Origin: Candidatus Hydrogenedentota bacterium
GTDB taxonomy: Bacteria > Hydrogenedentota > Hydrogenedentia > Hydrogenedentales > SLHB01
Direction of reading: 5' to 3'
Assembly (NCBI GenBank): GCA_963674865.2
Contig: CAXXYE010000009.1
Coordinates: 1,440,001 to 1,504,000 of the forward strand
DNA: 64,000 bases
Shown in pieces: positions 9,508-18,773 of the stretch. A model generated the notes under the pieces. It had not been told where the DNA came from and searched no databases. It was given only the letters and a program-made list of their open reading frames with translations. Made by a program: the position numbers and the translations under genes. How positions within the stretch are numbered: the stretch's first letter is position 1; every line of letters begins with the position of its first letter.

Positions 9508-11058
9508 TCAGTCTTCACTAACAGGCTCAACAGGTGCAAGGCACCTGGCCGGCGGTGCCGAAGGAACGGGCCGGAGTTCCGGGAGGGCCTCGGATAACGT
9601 CGTGGCCATCGGTGTTTCGGCCAGGCCCGACAGCCTTTCGAGCAGTGGGCGGAAGGCCGCCTCCTGACGAAGGGGCGACGGTTCTCTTCCCGCCTCGCGC
9701 AGCGCGGAGACTACTTCACCCAGTGTTATCTTGGTGACACTCCGCCCCGGTTGATAGACGATTTCCTCACCGGCGCGCTGCGTGACGAGTCCCGTGTCCT
9801 CCAGCACCGCCAGCACCTCGTTGAGCGTTCGGGTGGGCACCTTCCACTCCTGAGCGAAGGCCATGGGAGAAAGCCCCGCGCCGCTCTCGTCGAATTGCCG
9901 GGCCATTACCAACATCGCCCACAGTCCCAAGGCCTCACGGTACGCGAAGCTCGCACCTTCCGCGAAGCGCTCCATCGCGAAGGTTGTCTCGTTTTGGTAG
10001 GCGAACGTGAGTTCCGCGCCGAAGAGCAGAATCACCCAACTCACAAAGAGCCACATGAGCAGGATCGGTATCTGGGCGAAGGTCTTGTACAACATGCTGT
10101 ACTGGGGAGAGTTAAAGGCGAAATGGAAGTACAGGGCCGAGGCGAACACCCACAATGTGCCTGCCACAACGCCGCCCAGCAGGGCGTATCGCGTGCGTAC
10201 ACGCGTGTTTGGCACGACGTAGTATATGGCGCTGAACGCGAGCCAGATAATGCCGTACTGCAGGCCGTTCAGAGTGAATGCAAGCGAGGACGGCAGCTCC
10301 TCCTTAAGGGTGACCTCGAGAACCACCTTCGCGCTCAACACCAATGCCACCAGGAACGGCAGTAAGAGAATCACCATGAGGTAATCGCTCAGGATACGAA
10401 GCCAACCGCGCGTGCGTTTGAGTCCCCAGATCGTGTTGAAAGATGACTCAATATTCATCATCAGGCCGAAGACCGTCACGATTACGAAGACGAGCGCCGT
10501 GGCCGAACGCCCCGCCAGGCTATCCGCGCCCTCCTGCGCGTACTTGACAATCTCCTCGATGGGATTAGTGAGTCCCGTTCCGTCCTCCGCCGTCTCTCGT
10601 GCGGCAAGCTGCCGGAAGACGAGGTCCATCAACTCCCGGATGAAGTCCTTGTGCTCGGCCTGCGTCTCCGTATCCACGATGCCGCCGACAGGCCGGGATG
10701 TATCCGTGCTGAGGTCCCCGGGCGTCGCCGGCGTCTTCGCGGACATTCGCATCTCGCTGACGCGCTCGTAGATGGCATCGTAAACCTTCTCGTCGACTTT
10801 GAAGGCCTGCATGACGTAGAAGAAGATCGCGAGAAACGGCACGATGCCCAGCAGCGTGGCGAACGTCAACGCCGAGGCGCGGAGCAAGAGCGTGTCCTTG
10901 ACGAGTCCATGGACGAGTAGGATGGCGACCCGCACCTGCTTGATGACAAAACTGTGCGGAAGCTCCTCCCCCGGACGCCCCAGGTGCCACACATCGTGCG
11001 TGGCGAACCGCCGACCGCGCTCCAGCCCGTGGAACAACCGCTGTAGCCAACGCTTCAT
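9508..11058 (-). CDS. yihY: YihY/BrkB family membrane protein with C-terminal Rrf2-like wHTH
   Basis: RASALTFATLLGIVP, IESSFNTIW, VPNTRV, WVILLFGAEL; C-terminal winged-helix-like region. Confidence 0.88.
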   Translation of the reverse strand: MKRWLQRLFHGLERGRRFATHDVWHLGRPGEELPHSFVIKQVRVAILLVHGLVKDTLLLRASALTFATLLGIVPFLAIFFYVMQAFKVDEKVYDAIYERVSEMRMSAKTPATPGDLSTDTSRPVGGIVDTETQAEHKDFIRELMDLVFRQLAARETAEDGTGLTNPIEEIVKYAQEGADSLAGRSATALVFVIVTVFGLMMNIESSFNTIWGLKRTRGWLRILSDYLMVILLLPFLVALVLSAKVVLEVTLKEELPSSLAFTLNGLQYGIIWLAFSAIYYVVPNTRVRTRYALLGGVVAGTLWVFASALYFHFAFNSPQYSMLYKTFAQIPILLMWLFVSWVILLFGAELTFAYQNETTFAMERFAEGASFAYREALGLWAMLVMARQFDESGAGLSPMAFAQEWKVPTRTLNEVLAVLEDTGLVTQRAGEEIVYQPGRSVTKITLGEVVSALREAGREPSPLRQEAAFRPLLERLSGLAETPMATTLSEALPELRPVPSAPPARCLAPVEPVSED

Positions 11059-11097
11059 GCCGTTATGCTACACAGCGGCAGGCTTTGGGACAAGTAG

Positions 11098-12597
11098 TTA
11101 CGATCTGTCGCCGGAATGTATCCGGACGGGCGTGCCTATCGGGCAGAGCCGGAACACGACCTCGGCGTCGGCTGGAGTCATCCGGATACAGCCGCGACTC
11201 TTTGGCTGGCCGATGGAGTCGGGGGCGGGTGTCGGATGGATGCCATACGAGGTGGCGCTTGTCCCGCGTCCGAGTCCCAACCACCGCCGGCCCAGCGGAT
11301 TCGCCGGGTCACCCGCCTCGACGACCTCGCCGCGGTTATACCAGTCCGGATCCGTGATCTTATTGACGATCTCGTAGTCCCCTTCCGGCGTCGCGTCATT
11401 TCTCCCAAGGCCGACCGGGAAGCGGCGGAGAATCTGCCCGGCCTTGAAAACCGTCATGACATAATCGGACTTGTCCACCTCAATCCGAAGCTCCGAAGCA
11501 TTGCCTTGCGCGTTCAGCGCGGCCTCGATGTCCAATGCCTCGCTCATGAGCGGGGCGTCGACTAAGGTGAGGTCGCGCCTGAAGAGCCGCGCCTGCATCT
11601 CGCGAGCCAACGCCGCCCACGGGCGGGGAATGGCCTCAATGCGTTCCATGGCCAGGTCCATCTCCGCCATCGCCGTGTCCATCTCCGCCGCGCCGGCCGC
11701 GGCCTGTGCACGGCCCACCCGTGCCAGGAAGCGCTCCACCTCATTGGAGTCCGGATGAGCCAAGACCTCTTCGAATTGATCATTCGCTTCGGGCGTCTGC
11801 CCGGAAGCGAGGTGAACCTGTGCGCTGCTTAGGAGGTCGCTCGGCGCTTTGCCTGGTGGGCGACCCCGGCTGGCATGTCCAGGCGCTCCAGGCATGCCCG
11901 TGCTCGCTTCCGGCGGCTTGACGCCCGTGCTGGGATCGACCTCGCCTGGTATGCCTGTGGGACGCGCGGCGACCGCTGGAGTCCTTGGCGGCGACTGGGG
12001 CCTTGGATACACCAGCAAGAGCAGCACGATGCCGATGAGAGCGATGAGGAGACACGCTAGAGCCACGCGGCGTCGCCTTCGTCGTCCGCTGGCGGCCTTC
12101 TGGAATCTCACCTCGCGGGGAGTATCCGAGAATGCATCAGGCGAGAACGCAACAGCTACCGTCCCGTCTTCTCCCAAACGGCGGATGCCGTGCTTCACGC
12201 TTTCCACGAGGTGTGCGGCGGATTGCGAAGACAGCGACACGGACTGTCCGTGTCCGGTGTCCGCCATGACACGCATCGCCACTCCCATGGCGTACTCGCC
12301 ATGGCCCGTCGGGAGAACCCACTTCACTTCGCCCCGGACGAATACGACCTCGCCCTGAGGGCCCTGCTTCTTAGGCTGAATCTCGATATGAATGGGCGTG
12401 CCCACGGACTCCGGCCGGCGAGTGGCGATTCGCAGCCCCCCGCTACTGATGTCGACTGCCGTGCCCCGGCGCAAGAGACTTCCCGCGCGCGACGCCGAAA
12501 AAAGAAGGTGCCGAAGCGTGCTCGCCCGCACACGCGAACGCCGTTCGGCGGCCTGCAGCTCGCAGCCGGTGTCTATATGCCGCCCGTCGCCTATCAT
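11098..12597 (-). CDS. PilZ - TM - TPR-like - L,D-transpeptidase (YkuD) fusion protein
   Basis: RSRVR and DISSGG PilZ motifs; poly-Arg followed by TM; Pro-rich linker; C-terminal YGIHPT...SIGQPKSRGCIRM. Confidence 0.85.
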   Translation of the reverse strand: MIGDGRHIDTGCELQAAERRSRVRASTLRHLLFSASRAGSLLRRGTAVDISSGGLRIATRRPESVGTPIHIEIQPKKQGPQGEVVFVRGEVKWVLPTGHGEYAMGVAMRVMADTGHGQSVSLSSQSAAHLVESVKHGIRRLGEDGTVAVAFSPDAFSDTPREVRFQKAASGRRRRRRVALACLLIALIGIVLLLLVYPRPQSPPRTPAVAARPTGIPGEVDPSTGVKPPEASTGMPGAPGHASRGRPPGKAPSDLLSSAQVHLASGQTPEANDQFEEVLAHPDSNEVERFLARVGRAQAAAGAAEMDTAMAEMDLAMERIEAIPRPWAALAREMQARLFRRDLTLVDAPLMSEALDIEAALNAQGNASELRIEVDKSDYVMTVFKAGQILRRFPVGLGRNDATPEGDYEIVNKITDPDWYNRGEVVEAGDPANPLGRRWLGLGRGTSATSYGIHPTPAPDSIGQPKSRGCIRMTPADAEVVFRLCPIGTPVRIHSGDRS

Positions 12598-12877
12598 CCA
12601 ATCACGGCCCTATCCCGCACCTCGAGGGCCCTCTGCGCCTTGGCCTTTGCACCCACAGTGGCTCACGCATGTTCGCTCGCCGAATCTACATTCCGAATTG
12701 TACCACACGAGATAGACCCCGGTGGCGGGATTGTCAATTGCGCCGCGCGTCAAGTGATTGGATGCGAATGCACTAGCGAAACCGACTGCCTCACCAGTTT
12801 GGTGCGCCGATCTCGAGAGACGGGGGCCTTTCAAAGCACCGGGTGCGTGGCGGGTCGAGTTGCCCGGCGATACGAAA

Positions 12878-12906
12878 TAGACACGGTAGGGGCCATAGGG
12901 TAGAAT
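12878..12906 (+). promoter_or_regulatory. Sigma70-type promoter of tRNA-Ser
   Basis: TAGACA-17 bp-TAGAAT, 36 bp upstream of the tRNA. Confidence 0.6.
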
Positions 12907-12942
12907 GAGCCTCAATCGGCTCCGCACGCCTCAGTTCCCTGC

Positions 12943-13026
12943 GGAGGGTTAGGATAATTGGTAATCCACCGGTCTTGAAAACCGGCGCCTTCGGGCTTGT
13001 GGGTTCGAGTCCCACACCCTCCGCCA
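12943..13026 (+). tRNA. tRNA-Ser(TGA)
   Basis: GGAGGGT/ACCCTCC acceptor stem, G73, CCA; anticodon arm CCGGT-CTTGAAA-ACCGG; TTCGAGT T-loop. Confidence 0.93.
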
Positions 13027-13260
13027 TTTTCTCTCTCAGGGGCTCTGTAACTCCTTACGCAACAACCTCTTTGCCATTGTGGCGAGCGCGATCTGCAGCG
13101 CTAAGGCCGAGTCGGGATCTGGGCAAGAGCGGCCATTTCCCGCAACTCGCACTTGGAATCCTTTGCGCCGAAGCCGCAACTGGCTTTCGGGGCGTGTAGA
13201 TCATCGCTCAGGATTGTGCCATTTTTCGCGGGAGAGCCGCTCGTCTTTTGGGCAGGCCGT

Positions 13261-13920
13261 CTACTGCCGCTGGAGGAGTATCGCGTAAGACTCGTGGGTG
13301 TCGGCGACGGCGTCCTGGGCACGCCACTTCAGCGAGAAGCCGCCGGACGCGAAGGCTGCGGTTATCTCGGCCTCGCTCTTGAAGGTCCGGGCGCCTGCAA
13401 TGGTATCCGCCAAATGGGGAAACCGCTGCGAGAAGATCGGTTGCGGAAGACAGACATCGTCGATGATCAAGATCTTCCCGGTGTCGCCCAGAGCTTTGTC
13501 GAGTAGGTTGACCACAGCCTCGAGTTCGAACCAGCAGATGCCGTATACAACCGCGGCGAGGTCGAACGCGCCAAGATATTGCTCTGCGTCAAGCTGCTCC
13601 AGATCTGCCTGAACGAAAGCGGCGCGCAGGTCGTTTCGCAGTCGTGCCCGCGCAATTCCCAGCATTTCCTGAGAGATGTCTACGGCAACAACGTTGCTGC
13701 GTGGCAGTTCGTTAAGGAGGATCTCCGTTGCGAAACCGGTACCGCAGGCCAGTTCGAGCACACGGCGCACACTGCCCACGAATGCCAGCGCGCGCCGCAG
13801 AAGCTGGCTTGCCGTCACGGTATGTCCCGTCACCTCCATGTGTTGGTCGTAGCGCGCCGCCATTGCGTCAAATACACTGGCGTGCGGATCAGGCTGCCGG
13901 TCCTGCTCCTCGCTCATCAC
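13261..13920 (-). CDS. Class I SAM-dependent methyltransferase
   Basis: VLELACGTG motif I, AVDISQEML. Confidence 0.88.
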   Translation of the reverse strand: MMSEEQDRQPDPHASVFDAMAARYDQHMEVTGHTVTASQLLRRALAFVGSVRRVLELACGTGFATEILLNELPRSNVVAVDISQEMLGIARARLRNDLRAAFVQADLEQLDAEQYLGAFDLAAVVYGICWFELEAVVNLLDKALGDTGKILIIDDVCLPQPIFSQRFPHLADTIAGARTFKSEAEITAAFASGGFSLKWRAQDAVADTHESYAILLQRQ

Positions 13921-14249
13921 TTCGTCCCCCGTATTGTCAACAAAGAGGTGTTCACCCGTTCACGATACTCGTCCCCCTGGGCGGGCTCTAACACCCACAT
14001 AGCATATCATGCGGCCGGCGGCGAGTGGGCCAGGATGATGCAATGGCGCCTGGCCTGGGTGGGCCCTCGACAGGTGAGCTGCGCGACGTGTCCTCGCTGC
14101 TTTGATTGACGAGAACGCATAGCTCAGATAACATGGACTCACGCGGTGCATGTGCATAAGCTGCCGCTGCCGCAGTGAGTTAGAGCGAATCCGTTTCGTG
14201 TTGCCTGTAACCGGAGGCCTGCTGGCCGCCGGGTGATACTAGGGGGGAA

Positions 14250-17219
14250 ATGGTGAACAAGTACCTGTCTCGCCTGGGGCGGCATCCGCTGCACGCGCAC
14301 ATCGCGACGATTTTCATTCTCCTGATCGCCCTCGTAGGTGTCGTACTGGGCTGGTTCAACTACCGCCAGAACACGCGGGTCATTCTGTCGGCGTCGTCCC
14401 AGGTGTTCAGCCAGATCTCGCGCGAGCTTCTACTGGACTTCCAAGGCACGTACCGGCCGGTGGTCAGTACCGTGAATTTGCTGTCACAGGACGACCGCGT
14501 TAGCGGCGCGGGCAACCTGGATGCGCGTTTGGCGCTGCTTCCGGTGTTTCGTGAAGCCTTGGCCAACCAGCCACATGTTTCTGCTTTGCAGGTGGGCTAC
14601 GCCAATGGCGACTTCTTCATCGTGCGCCCTCTGAATTCGGCCTATATGCGGGAGAGGTTTGAGAGCCCCGACAAGGCGGCGCTGGTGGTGGATAACATCG
14701 CCGCGGACAAGAACGGCGAACGCACTCAAGAGAGATTGTACTTCGACGCCGACCTCAACGGCCTTGTCGGCCGCTCGCTCGGCGTCACTCCCTATGATCC
14801 ACGCGTCCGGCCTTGGTATGAGGCCGCCGTGGGGCGCAATCAAGAAGCCGCGACGGAGCCCTACCTATACTATTTCATCGGCAAGGTTGGGATTACCGTG
14901 GGCCGCCAATCTCCGGACGGCCAAGCGGTCGTCGCCTCGGACATTACACTCGAGCATCTCTCCGAAACCTTGGCGCGGCAAAGGCTGTCCTCTTCGGCCG
15001 AGGCCGTGCTCTTCGATGAGCGCGGGCGGGCCCTTGCGTATCGCGACGCCGGCCGACTCGTGCTGAAATCGGACACTACGGACACGCAGTTGGCGACGGT
15101 GGGCGGCCTGGGCAGCCCCGTGCTGTCGGCCCTGGCCCCTCAACTCAGGCCTGAGCAAACAGCGCTTTCCTTCGCGTTCGATGGCCGGAAATGGCGGGGA
15201 GCGGTTCGCCGGATTGAGGTAACGTATGACGTTGTGTTCTTTGTGGCAATTGCCGCACCCGAAGAGGAATTGCTCGCGGACGCGCTCCGGATTCGGCGGC
15301 AGTCCACTTGGATCACGGTGGCGATTCTGCTGGCAGCCCTGCCACTGGCCTGGCTGCTGGCCAACCAGATTGCGCGCCCGCTGCGCAGGCTTACCACGCA
15401 AACGGATCAGATTCGCCACTTCGATTTCGCCGGCCCTGTGACGACAAGCTCATTGGTTCTTGAGATCTACGAACTCGCCGAATCAATCGATGCTATGAAG
15501 AGCACGATAAGGAAGTTTCTCGATCTGACTTCATCGGTGGCTGGCGAGCGCCATTTCGACGGCCTCCTACAGAAAATCACGGAGGAGGCCATGCATTTGA
15601 GCCGAGCCGACGCGGCCGTGCTCTATCTCGTGAATGACGATGCTTCCGAACTCGAACCTGCTTGCGTGCGCGGGGGGAGCGACGTGTCGGAGAAGACCGT
15701 TTCCTCACTTCCTCGCATGGCTCTTCGAGGTGACGGGCCGCGGGGGCCGTTGGCGGAGTGCGTGCGGACGGGCCGCACGATAACCTTGACGGCCTCGCCC
15801 ACGAGTGACGCCAAAGAGGAGGACGGTGTGAGGCCGCTGGCCTCGCTTCTTGACACGGAGATGGCCTGCCTTGTGGCGATTCCACTCCGTGATCGCGATG
15901 GGCACGTGAGCGGCACCTTGGGCCTGGCTTTTGACACGCCGCCAACCCGCGAGGGACTCGCGATCGAACAAGAGCGCATTGCTTTCATCGAAGCGTTCTC
16001 GGGTTTTGCCGTGCTATCGATTGAAAGCCAGCGTCTGCTCAAGATGCAGAAGGCGTTGCTTGATGCATTCATCAGACTGATGGCCGGCGCTATCGACGCC
16101 AAATCGCCCTACACGGGCCGCCACTGTCAACGCGTCCCCGCTTTGACTCAGATGATTGCCCAGGCGGCCTGCACGGCCAACGCTCCCGCGTTTCGCGATT
16201 TCGCTCTCGACGATGAGGGATGGGAGGCGTTGCATATCGCGTGCTGGCTGCACGATTGCGGAAAGGTGACCACCCCGGAGTATGTGGTGGACAAGGCGAC
16301 GAAGCTCGAAACCATTCATAATCGGTTACACGAGATCCGCACGCGATTCGAGGTGCTGCGACGGGACGCGACTATCCGCTATTGGGAGCTACTGGCCAAA
16401 GGAGGCGCAGAGGCCGAGTTGCGAGTGGAATTGGAGCGCGAGCACCAACGGCTGGACGAGGAGTTCGCATTCATCGCGAGCTGCAACGAAGGCAAGGAGT
16501 CTATCTCCTCCGAGCAGTTGGAGCGGCTACGCCAGATAGCGGAAAGAACATGGGTGCGCACGTTCGACGACGGCGTCGGCTTGTCCATCGAGGAATCTCA
16601 GCGCAAGGCCCAGGGCACTCCGCATCCCGCGCCGGTTGCGGAACAGTTGTTGCGGGATGTGTCCGAGCACTTGATTCATCGCAAGCCTGAGGAGTGCATT
16701 GCCCCGGATAATCCCTGGGGTTTCAAGCTCGACACCCCCGAGTACAGCTACAACCGCGGCGAACTGCACAATCTGTCCGTGAGCAGGGGAACCTTGACAC
16801 CGGAAGAGCGCTACAGAATCGACAATCACATTGTACAAACCATCATCATGCTGAGTAGCCTGCCGTGGCCTAGGCACTTGCGCAAGGTGCCTGATATTGC
16901 CGGTGGCCACCATGAGAAGCCGGACGGCACCGGGCATCCACGACGCCTCGCCAAGGAGGAGCTGCCTCTTGAGGCGCGGATGATGGCCGTGGCGGATATC
17001 TTCGAGGCCCTCACCGCCCCGGACCGCCCCTACAAGAAGCCCAAGCCGTTAAGTGAAGCCTTGGACATCATGCGGGCCATGGCGGAACGCGATCATATCG
17101 ACCCCGACGTGTTCGATCTCTTCGTGCGGTCGGGCGTCTGTGGGGAATACGCTCAACAGTACCTAGATCCGCGTCAAATCGACGTGATGGTTGAGGAGTA
17201 CGTGGCCGCCTGGGACTAG
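14250..17219 (+). CDS. Sensor HD-GYP-type cyclic-dinucleotide phosphodiesterase (TM-Cache-TM-HAMP-GAF-HD)
   Basis: YDPRVRPWY Cache motif, HAMP, GAF, DAKSPYTGRHCQRV, LHDCGK, HHEKPDGTGHP, VADIFEALTAPDRPYK. Confidence 0.9.
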   Translation: MVNKYLSRLGRHPLHAHIATIFILLIALVGVVLGWFNYRQNTRVILSASSQVFSQISRELLLDFQGTYRPVVSTVNLLSQDDRVSGAGNLDARLALLPVFREALANQPHVSALQVGYANGDFFIVRPLNSAYMRERFESPDKAALVVDNIAADKNGERTQERLYFDADLNGLVGRSLGVTPYDPRVRPWYEAAVGRNQEAATEPYLYYFIGKVGITVGRQSPDGQAVVASDITLEHLSETLARQRLSSSAEAVLFDERGRALAYRDAGRLVLKSDTTDTQLATVGGLGSPVLSALAPQLRPEQTALSFAFDGRKWRGAVRRIEVTYDVVFFVAIAAPEEELLADALRIRRQSTWITVAILLAALPLAWLLANQIARPLRRLTTQTDQIRHFDFAGPVTTSSLVLEIYELAESIDAMKSTIRKFLDLTSSVAGERHFDGLLQKITEEAMHLSRADAAVLYLVNDDASELEPACVRGGSDVSEKTVSSLPRMALRGDGPRGPLAECVRTGRTITLTASPTSDAKEEDGVRPLASLLDTEMACLVAIPLRDRDGHVSGTLGLAFDTPPTREGLAIEQERIAFIEAFSGFAVLSIESQRLLKMQKALLDAFIRLMAGAIDAKSPYTGRHCQRVPALTQMIAQAACTANAPAFRDFALDDEGWEALHIACWLHDCGKVTTPEYVVDKATKLETIHNRLHEIRTRFEVLRRDATIRYWELLAKGGAEAELRVELEREHQRLDEEFAFIASCNEGKESISSEQLERLRQIAERTWVRTFDDGVGLSIEESQRKAQGTPHPAPVAEQLLRDVSEHLIHRKPEECIAPDNPWGFKLDTPEYSYNRGELHNLSVSRGTLTPEERYRIDNHIVQTIIMLSSLPWPRHLRKVPDIAGGHHEKPDGTGHPRRLAKEELPLEARMMAVADIFEALTAPDRPYKKPKPLSEALDIMRAMAERDHIDPDVFDLFVRSGVCGEYAQQYLDPRQIDVMVEEYVAAWD

Positions 17220-17267
17220 GCCATGGGGACTTGCAGGGGGACGGGGCAGCGTGAGGAGGGGCAAGCG

Positions 17268-17870
17268 CTAAGGGTGTTTCCGCGCAAGGGCGATGTAGCG
17301 ATCGGGGCGATCCACCATCTCAAGGGGGACTAGAGCTGCATTGCGGAGAAGTGCCACCATCTCTGTGTTATCGGGCAGGATGTGGCCGCCGACAACATGG
17401 CCCACGGACTGGTGGAAGTCGTTAATCGCTTGGCGGCTTTCCGTGTGACAGACGAGCAGGCGGCCGCCGGGCTTCAGGCATGCGGCCAATTCGAGCAACG
17501 CGTGCTGCTGATCGGCGAAGTGGGGGAAGCAGCTATTGCAGATGACCCAGTCGAAGTATGGCCCCACGATGGGGCAGTCCATGACGTCGGCTTGGAGGCA
17601 GGCGATAGGAACGCCCTTGGCCTTGGCGCGCGCTTCATCGAGCATGCCCGCGGCGAGGTCTACGGCGACGACAAGTCCATTGGGGCCGATGCGCGGGGCA
17701 AGGATCGGGAACAAGACGCCCGTGCCGGTGCCCACGTCGAGGAGACGTGCGCCTGCGGCGATATCGAGGTCGGCGATAATGCTCTGAAGCCGCTCGACGG
17801 AGACGCGTGATACGTCGGTATCCCATATCGAGGCGCGTTCATCGAAAAACGCGCGGATCGCCTTATTCAT
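17268..17870 (-). CDS. Class I SAM-dependent methyltransferase
   Basis: MNKAIRAFFDERA..., LLDVGTGTG; ATGA overlap with the permease stop (the longer track ORF is spurious upstream of 17870). Confidence 0.88.
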   Translation of the reverse strand: MNKAIRAFFDERASIWDTDVSRVSVERLQSIIADLDIAAGARLLDVGTGTGVLFPILAPRIGPNGLVVAVDLAAGMLDEARAKAKGVPIACLQADVMDCPIVGPYFDWVICNSCFPHFADQQHALLELAACLKPGGRLLVCHTESRQAINDFHQSVGHVVGGHILPDNTEMVALLRNAALVPLEMVDRPDRYIALARKHP

Positions 17871-18706
17871 TTCGCGGCGCGGGGGGCATTCCATCGCTTT
17901 ATTTTCCGTTTGGGCGAGAAAATGGTGGTGAGGCCGAAGATGGCGGACGAAGTGATCACAATGGCTGCGCCGGCCGGCAGGTCGCCCAGGTAAGATGCGG
18001 CAAGGCCGGCCCAGCAAGACAACACGCCAAAGCCGGCCGCGAGCAAGATCGTTTTCTTCAGACTGTAAGTCAATTGCAGGGCGGCGGCGGCCGGATTCAA
18101 TACGAGGCTGTAGATGAGCAATCCGCCGATGCTCGCGAGCGACACGGCGATGGTAACACCTGTGGCGAAGAGCATGCCGTAGAAGACCAAAGTGGCCGGG
18201 ATGCCCACGGCCATGGCCACGTGGCGATGGCAAATCACCGCCTGTACCTCTTTGAAGAACACAAGAACCAATCCTACGACCACTGCCGTGGCGAGCAGCA
18301 TGAATACCAGATCCTGTCGGCTTATCGTGAGTATGCTTCCCCAGAACAGGCTCAAGGCATCGGTGCGGGAGCCCGGCGTGAGTCCTATGAAGAGGAAGGC
18401 TAGGCCGAGCATGAATGAAAAGATGATTCCCGTGGCGCTGTCGGGACTCAGCTCGCCGCGGTCGGCCAGTGGGCCGATGAAGGCCGCCGCGCCAAGGCTG
18501 AAGATCAGGGCGCCCAGTAGGGGGTCGAAATGGAGCAGGACACCTAACAGTGCTCCCGCGAACGCGGCGTGGGCAATACACACGCCCAGAAACGAGAGGT
18601 GCGTCGTGACGACGAACACGCCTACCACGGCGCACATCACCCCTGCGCACACGCCCGCAAGGAGCGCGTTTTGCATGTATGTGTGCTGAAAAACGCCCCA
18701 ATCCAT
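17867..18706 (-). CDS. Metal ABC transporter permease (ZnuB/ABC-3 family)
   Basis: SFLGVCIAHAAFAG, LFWGSIL, GGLLIYSLVLNPAAAA, DLPAGAAIV. Confidence 0.92.
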   Translation of the reverse strand: MDWGVFQHTYMQNALLAGVCAGVMCAVVGVFVVTTHLSFLGVCIAHAAFAGALLGVLLHFDPLLGALIFSLGAAAFIGPLADRGELSPDSATGIIFSFMLGLAFLFIGLTPGSRTDALSLFWGSILTISRQDLVFMLLATAVVVGLVLVFFKEVQAVICHRHVAMAVGIPATLVFYGMLFATGVTIAVSLASIGGLLIYSLVLNPAAAALQLTYSLKKTILLAAGFGVLSCWAGLAASYLGDLPAGAAIVITSSAIFGLTTIFSPKRKIKRWNAPRAAK

Positions 18707-18715
18707 GATTGATAT

Positions 18716-18749
18716 GGCCGGGTGGGCGCATTGCGGCGGCCACCCGGCC
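18716..18749 (-). terminator. GC-rich hairpin between the encapsulin and permease genes
   Basis: GGCCGGGTGG-14 nt-CCACCCGGCC, perfect 10-bp stem; no U-tract, so it may instead be a stability or processing element. Confidence 0.35.
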
Positions 18750-18773
18750 CCAACTTTCCAAGCGTTGTCCGTG

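Noticed and set aside
12791..13027. 78-aa minus-strand ORF (MAEGVGLEPT...)
   Set aside because: Antisense shadow of tRNA-Ser; the same applies to the short ORFs over the tRNAs at 50867-51049 and 58331-58669
13027..17260. Possible genomic island integrated at tRNA-Ser
   Set aside because: No integrase and no duplicated tRNA 3' end seen in the window; the same holds downstream of tRNA-Leu at 58644
17871..18761. N-terminal about 300 aa of the 497-aa methyltransferase ORF
   Set aside because: Out-of-frame overlap with the permease; the real start is ATG 17870
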